This document shows positions 57,235-64,000 of a DNA stretch of 64,000 nucleotides, piece by piece. The DNA lies in contig NC_091283.1 of the NCBI RefSeq assembly GCF_032444005.1, forward strand, positions 415,648,001 through 415,712,000, written 5' to 3'. Made by a program: the position numbers and the translations under genes. The stretch's first letter is position 1, and every line of letters starts with the position of its first letter. The notes under the pieces are model-generated. The model worked only from the letters and a program-made list of their open reading frames with translations, was not told the DNA's origin and did no database searches. This DNA is from Ranitomeya imitator (taxonomy: Eukaryota).

Positions 57235-58493
57235 CCCCTTTCTGACCTTGGACGGGATAGTACGTCCGAGGTCAGAAGCCCTGCTTTGATGCGGGCTACG
57301 GCGGTGAGCCCGCATCAAAGTCGGGACATGTCAGCTGTTTTGAACAGCTGACATGTGCCCGTAATAGGCGCGGGCAGAATCGCGATCTGCCCGCACCTAT
57401 TAATTAGTTAAATGCCGCTATCAAACGTAGACATCGACATTTAACTACCGCATCCGGCCGGGCGGCCGGAAATGACGGCATCGCCGACCCCCGTCACATG
57501 ATCCGAGGTCGGCGATGCTTCAATATTGTAACTATAGAGGTCCTTGAGACCTCTATGCTTACTGATCCCCGGCAGCTGTGAGCGCCACCCTGTGGTCGGC
57601 GCTCACAGCACACCTGATTTTCTGCTACATAGCAGCGAACAGCAGATCGCTGCTATGTAGCAGAGCCGATCGAATGGTGCCAGCTTCTAGCCTCCCATGG
57701 AGGCTATTGAAGCATATCAAAAGTAAAAAAAAATGTGAAAAAAGTAAAAAATATATAATAGTTTAAATCACCCCCCTTTTGCCCCTATCAAAATAAATCA
57801 ATAAAAAAAAAATCAAATCTACACATATTTGGTATCGCTGCGTTCAGAATCGCCCGATCTATCAATTAAAAAAAGCATTAACCTGATCACTAAACAGTGT
57901 AGTGAGAAAAAAATTCGAAACACCAGAATTACGTTTTTTTGGTCGCCGCGACATTGCATTAAAATGCAATAACGGGCGATCAAAAGAACGTATCTGCACC
58001 AAAATGCTATCATTAAAAACGTCATCTCGGCCCGCAAAAAATAAGCCCTCAACCGACCCCAGATCATGAAAAATGGAGACGCTACGAGTATCGGAAAATG
58101 GCGCAAATTTCTTTTTTTTTTTTAGCAAAGTTTGGAATTTTTTTTTACCACTTAGGTAAAAAATAACCTAGTCATGTTAGGTGTCTATGAACTCGTACTG
58201 ACCTGGAGAATCATAATGTCAGGTCAGTTTTATCATTTAGTGAATTTAGCAAAAACAAACAAAAAACAAGTGTGGGATTGCACTTTTTTTGTAATTTCAC
58301 CGCACTTGAAATTTTTTTCCCGTTTTCTAGTACACGACATGCTAAAACCAATGATGTCGTTCAAAAGTACAACTCATCCCGCAAAAAAAAAAAGCCCTCA
58401 AATTGACGGAAAAAGAAAAAAGTTATGGCTCTGGGAAGGAGGGGAGTGAAAAACGAACACGGAAAAACGAAAAATCCCAAGGTCATGAAGGGG
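57235..58493 (+). mobile_element. piggyBac-like non-autonomous element (same family as 8031-9293), nested in another piggyBac-like element
   Basis: CCCCTTTCTGACC ... CATGAAGGGG|TTAA. The left flank is TTTA. Confidence 0.8.
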
Positions 58494-58865
58494 TTAATCC
58501 AGATGGTCCTACCACATCAAACCATTAATAAATAACGTTTTGCACATGTCTGCTTTACATCAGCACCATTTGTAAAATGTTATTTTATTTTCTTAGCATT
58601 TTAGGAGGTTTAAAAATGTAGCAGCAATTTTTCATTTTTTCAAGGAAATTTACAAAATTTATTTTTTTATGGACCTATCCATGTTTGAAGTGACTTTAGG
58701 GGTCTCATATATTGGGAAACCCCCAAACATGATACCATTTTAAAAACAGCACCCCTAGACATATTGAAGACTACTGTCAGGTAGTTTATTAACCCTTCAG
58801 GTGCTTTACAGGAATTATTGCAAAGTGACATGACAGAAATGACAATGTGTATTTTTACATCCTAA

Positions 58866-59241
58866 GGCCGGCTTCACACTTGCGAGTTTTACGGACGTAA
58901 GAGCGCAGAAACTACGTCCGTAAAACTCGCAAAAAATACGGCACAATTATTCTCTATGCCTCTGCTCCTATCTGCCGTATTTTACTGATCAGTATTATAC
59001 GGCTTTCTACGGCCGTACAAAATCGCAGCATGCTGCGTTTGTCACCGTACTGCGCAAGAAATACGCCAATGAAAGTCTATGGAAGCGTGAAAAATACGGA
59101 TTACACACGGACAAGCAGTGTGACTTGCGAGAAATACGCAGCGCTGTTAGAGAGAAAAGCCGGCAATTCAGTGCGGTGTACAGTAAAATCACACTGACAG
59201 CTTACAGTAGAATAGGTAGAATAAATGTGTACACATAGAAT

Positions 59242-59276
<35 letters not shown>

Positions 59277-60050
59277 AGTGAGACACATATATGTATATAT
59301 ATTAATATTTATTCCAGCGCTATACAGCTTGAAAGCCGGTAATTCAATTACCGGCTTTTTCTTTCTCCTTCCTAAAACCCGACATGATTTGAGACATGGT
59401 TTACATACAGTAAACCATGTCTTCTCTCCATTTTTTTTGCAGATTCCACACTACTAATGTCAGTAGTGTGTATCTGCAAAATTTGGCCGTTCTAGCTCTT
59501 AAAATAAAGGGTTAAATGGCGGAAAAAATTGGCGTGGGCTCCCGCGCAATTTTCTCCGCCAGAGTAGTAAAGCCAGTGACTGAGGGCAGATATTAATAGC
59601 CTGGAGAGGGTCCACGGTTATTGGCCCCCCCCTGGCTAAAAATATCTTCCCCCAGCCACCCCAGAACAGGCACATCTGGAAGATGCGCCTATTCTGGCAC
59701 TTGGCCACTCTCTTCCCATTCCCGTGTAGCGGTGGGATATGGGGTAATGAAGGGTTAATGCCACCTTGCTATTGTAAGGTGACATTAAGCCTAATTAATA
59801 ATGGAGAGGCGTCAATTATGACACCTATCCATTATTAATCCAATTGTAGTAAAGGGTTAAATAAAACACAAACACATTATTTAAAATTATTTTAATGAAA
59901 TAAAAACAATGGTTGTTGGAGTATTTTATTCTACGCCCAATCCAGTCACTGAAGACCCTCGTTCTGTGAAAGAAAAAACATAATAAACCAACAATATACT
60001 TACTATACCCAGGCTTTCTAGGTAAGTTCCCACGATCTATGAACATCCAG
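58866..60050 (+). mobile_element. Harbinger-like element, left part
   Basis: TAA|GGCCGGCTTCACACTTGCG TIR-like start. The right TIR was not seen. Confidence 0.55.
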
Positions 60051-62899
60051 CAGAGGGCGCCTCACCGCAAATGAAGCTAACCCCTTAGTGACAGAGCCAA
60101 TTTGGTACTTAATGACCAGGCCAATTTTTGCAATTCTGACCACTGTCACTTTATGAGGTTATAACTCTGGAACGCTTCAACGGATCCCGCTGATTCTGAG
60201 ATTGTTTTTTCGTGACATATTGTACTTCATGTTAGTGGTAACATTTCTTCGATATTACTTGCGATTATTTATGAAAAAAACGGAAATAAGGCGAAAATTT
60301 TTAAAATTTAGCAATTTTCAAACTTTGTATTTTTATGCCCTTAAATCAGAGAGATATGTCATGAAAAATAGTTAATAAATAACATTTCCCACATGTCTAC
60401 TTTACATCAGCACAATTTTGGAAACAAAATTTTTTTTTGTTAGGGAGTTATAAGGGTTAAAAGTTGACCAGCAATTTCTCATTTTTACAACACCATTTTT
60501 TTTTAGGGACCACATCACATTTGAAGTCATTTTGAGGGGTCTATATGATAGAAAATAATGAAGTGTGACACCATTCTAAAAACTACACCCCTCAAGGTTC
60601 TCAAAACCACATTCAAGAAGTTTATTAACCCTTTACGTGCTTCACAGGAACTGAAACAATGTGGAAGGAAAAAATGAACATTTAACTTTTTTTTGCAAAC
60701 ATCGTAATTCAGAACCATTTTTTTTATTTTCACAAGTGTAAAAACAGAAATGTAACCATAAATTTTGTTATGCAATTTCTCCTGAATACGCCAATACCCC
60801 ATATGTGGGGGTAAACCACTGTTAGGGCGCACCGCAGAACTTAGAAGTGAAGGAGCGCCGTTTGACTTTTTCAATGCAGAATTGGCTGGAATTGAGATCG
60901 GACACCATGTCACATTTAGAGAGCCCCTGATGTACCTAAACAGTGGAAACTCCCCACAAGTGACACCATTTTGGAAACTAGACCCCTTAAGGAACTTATC
61001 TAGATGTGTGGTGAGCACTTTGAACCCCCAAGTGCTTCACAGAAGTTTATAACGTAGAGCCGTGAAAATAAAAAATCGCTTTTGTTTACACAAAAATGAT
61101 CTTTTCCCCCACAAATTCTTATTTTCACAAGGGTAACAGGAGAAATTAGACCACAAAAGTTGTTGTGCAATTTCTCCTGAGTACGTCGATACCCAATATG
61201 TGGGGGTAAACAACTGTTAGGGCGCACCGCAGAGCTTGGAAGAGAAGGAGTGCCGTTTTACTTTTTCAATGTAGAATTGGCTGGAATTGAGATTGGACGC
61301 CATGTCGCGTTTGGAGAGCCTCTGATGTGCCTAAACAGTGGAAACCCCCCACAAGTGACACCATTTTGGAAACTAGACCCCTTAAGGAACTTATCTAGAT
61401 GTGTGGCGAGCACTTTGAACCCCCATGTGCTTCACAGAAGTTTATAACGTAGAGCCGTGAAAAAAAAAAAATTGCATTTTTTTCTACAAAAATGATCTTT
61501 TTGCCCACAAATTTTTATTTTCACAAGGGTAACAGGAGAAATTAGACCACAAAAGTTGTTGTGCAATTTCTCCTGAGTACGTCAATACCCAATATGTGGG
61601 GGTAAACCACTGTTTGGGCGCACCGCAGAGCTTGGAAGAGAAAGAGTGCCGTTTTACTTTTTCAATGTAGAATTGGCTGGAATTGAGATCGGACGCCATG
61701 TCACGTTTGGAGAGCCCCTGATGTGCCTAAACAGTAGAAATCCCCCACAAGTGACCCCATTTTGGAAACTAGACCCCCCATGGAACTTATCTAGATGTGT
61801 GGTGAGAACCTTGAATGCCCAAGTGCTTCACAGAAGTTTATAATGCAGAGCCGTGAAAATAAAAAATATTTTTTTTTCCACAAAAAAGATTTTTTAGCCA
61901 CCAAATTTTTATTTTCACAAGGGTAACAAGAGAAATTGGACCCCAAAAGTTGTTGTCCAATTTGTCCTGAGTATGCTGGTACCCCATATGTGGGGGTAAA
62001 CCACTGTTTGGGCGCACGGCAGAGCTCGGAAGGAAGGAGCGCCGTTTTGGAATGCAGACTTTGATAGAATGGTCTGCGGGTATTATGTTGCGTTTGCAGA
62101 GCCCCTGATGTACCTAACCAGTAGAAACCCTCCACAAGTGACCCCATTTTGGAAACTAGACCCCCCAAGGAACTTATCTAGATGTGTGGTGAGAACTTTG
62201 AATGCCCAAGTGCTTCACAGAAGTTTAGAATGCAGAGTCGTGAAAATAAAAAATATTTTTTTTTCCACAAAAAAGATATTGTAGCCCCCAAGTTTTTATT
62301 TTCACAAGGGTAACAGGAGAAATTGGACTGCAATAGTTGTTGTCCAATTTATCCCGAGTACGCTGATGCGCCATATGTGGGGGTAAACCACTGTTTGGGC
62401 GCACGGCAGAGCTCGGAAGGGAAGGAGCGCCTTTTTGGAATGCAGACTTTGATAGAATGGTCTGTGGGCATTATGTTGCGATTGCAGAGCCCCTGATGTA
62501 CCTAAACTGTAGTAACCCCCCACAAGTGACCCCATTTTGGAAACTAGACCCCCCAGGGAACTTATCTAGATGTGTGGTGAGAACTTTGAATGCCCAAGTG
62601 CTTCACAGAAGTTTAGAATGCAGAGTCGTGAAAATAAAAAATATTTTTTTTTTCACAAAAAAGATTTTGTAGCCCCCAAGTTTTTATTTTCACAAGGGTA
62701 ACAAGAGAAATTGGACCCCAGAAGTTGTTGTCCAATTTATCCCGAGTACGCTGATGCCCCATATGTGGGGGTAACCCACTGTTTGGGCGCACGGCAGAGC
62801 TCAGAAGGGAGGGAGCACCATTTGACTTTTTGAGCGCAAAATTGGCTGTCGTGTTTGGAGACCCTGTGATGTACCTAAACAGTGGAAACCCCCCAATTC

Positions 62900-63781
62900 T
62901 AGCTCCAACCCTAACCCCAACACACCCCTAACCCTAATCCCAACCTCATCCATAATCCTAATCACTAACCCTAACCATAATCACAACCCTTACCCCAAAA
63001 CAACCCTAATGTCAACCCTAACCATAACCCTAATCAAAACCCTAAATCCAACACACCCCTAATCCTAATCTCAACCCTAACCTCAAACCTAACCCTAATC
63101 CCAATACACCCCTAATCACAACCCTAACCTTAACCCTAATCCCAAACCTAACCCTAATCCCAAGCGTAACCCTAATGCCAACCCTAACCCTAATACCAAC
63201 CCTAATCCAAACCCTAACCCTAATCCCAGCTCTAACCCTAACTTTAGCCCCAACCCTAGCCCTAACTTTAGCCCCAACCCTAACCCTAAGGCTACTTTCA
63301 CACTTGCGTCGTTTGGCATTCCGTCGCAATCCGTCGTTTTGGAAAAGAAACGGATCCTGCAAATGTTCCCGCAGGATGCGTTTTTTGCCCATAGACTTGT
63401 ATTGCCGACGGATCGTGACGGATGGCCACACGTCGCGTCCGTCGTGCACTGGATCAGTTGTGTTTCGGCGGAGCGTCGGCACAAAAAAAGTTCAATGAAA
63501 CGTTTTTTTGTACGTCGCATCCGCCATTTCTGACCGCGCATGCGTGGCCGTAACTCCGCCCCCTCCTCCCCAGGACATAGATTGGGCAGCGGATGTGTTG
63601 AAAAACTACAGCTGCTGCCCACGTTGTGCACAATTTTCACAACGTGCGTCGGTATGTCGGGCCGACGCATTGCGACGGCCCCATACCGACGTAAGTGTGA
63701 AAGAAGCCTAACCCTAAGTTTAGCCCCAACCCTAACCCTAAATTTAGCCCCAACCCTAACCCTAAATTTAGCCCCAACCCT
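62900..63781 (+). repeat. Degenerate (CCCTAA)n telomere-like repeats
   Basis: CCCTAACCCTAATCCC..., TTTAGCCCCAACCCTAACCCTAA variants, running up to the gap. Confidence 0.88.
63290..63708. mobile_element. Harbinger-type MITE inserted in the TAA of a CCCTAA unit
   Basis: TAA|GGCTACTTTCACACTTGCGTCG ... CGACGTAAGTGTGAAAGAAGCC|TAA. Confidence 0.88.
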
Positions 63782-63909
63782 NNNNNNNNNNNNNNNNNNN
63801 NNNNNNNNNNNNNNNNNNNNNNNNNNNNNNNNNNNNNNNNNNNNNNNNNNNNNNNNNNNNNNNNNNNNNNNNNNNNNNNNNNNNNNNNNNNNNNNNNNNN
63901 NNNNNNNNN
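63782..63909. other. Assembly gap (128 N)
   Basis: Run of N. Confidence 1.
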
Positions 63910-64000
63910 CTGCTGTTCTCCTGCCGGCCGGCAGATGGAGACAGATGGCGGGCGCACTGCGCATGCGTCCGCCATGTTCTGCTGCCGGCGGCCAGGAGGA

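Larger units (their letters stand above)
60081..63781 (+). mobile_element. Large piggyBac-like non-autonomous element with internal ~390-bp tandem repeats and telomere-like repeats
   Basis: Starts CCCCTTAGTGACAGAGCC. The marker GTGGGGGTAA recurs at ~60806, 61201, 61596, 61990, 62377 and 62765. Confidence 0.78.

Noticed and set aside
62900-63781. True telomere or chromosome-fusion site
   Set aside because: The repeats are degenerate, embedded in a TE that has a shorter version elsewhere in the window, and show no head-to-head TTAGGG/CCCTAA junction. This cannot be fully excluded because of the gap.

Overview
Repeat-rich vertebrate genomic DNA. The repeat families suggest an anuran (frog); this is inference. 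The window holds the last five coding exons of NPLOC4 (+ strand, 1444-27877, ending in the NZF/RanBP2 zinc finger). Downstream is a small spliced gene that I cannot name and that the ORF track misses: a TATA box and a putative non-coding exon near 34.1 kb, then coding exons 35796-35892, 37005-37134 and 41232-41475. It encodes a 156-aa protein with a signal peptide, a KR processing site, one Cys and a coiled coil. A compact promoter-like island (GC-box, CCAAT, RFX X-box, E2F) lies at 47.9-48.2 kb between satellite arrays; mammalian synteny suggests FAAP100, but no FAAP100 coding sequence was recognised. The rest is transposons and satellites. These include a structurally complete DIRS1-type retrotransposon (12826-18355) nested in a Harbinger MITE that sits inside a piggyBac-like element, and two Penelope-like insertions with fold-back inversions and 16-bp TSDs, one with hammerhead-like motifs. 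Also present are palindromic Kolobok/T2 MITEs, Tc1, Tc2, hAT, L1 and V-SINE remnants, several minisatellites, TE-borne (CCCTAA)n repeats and a 128-N assembly gap.
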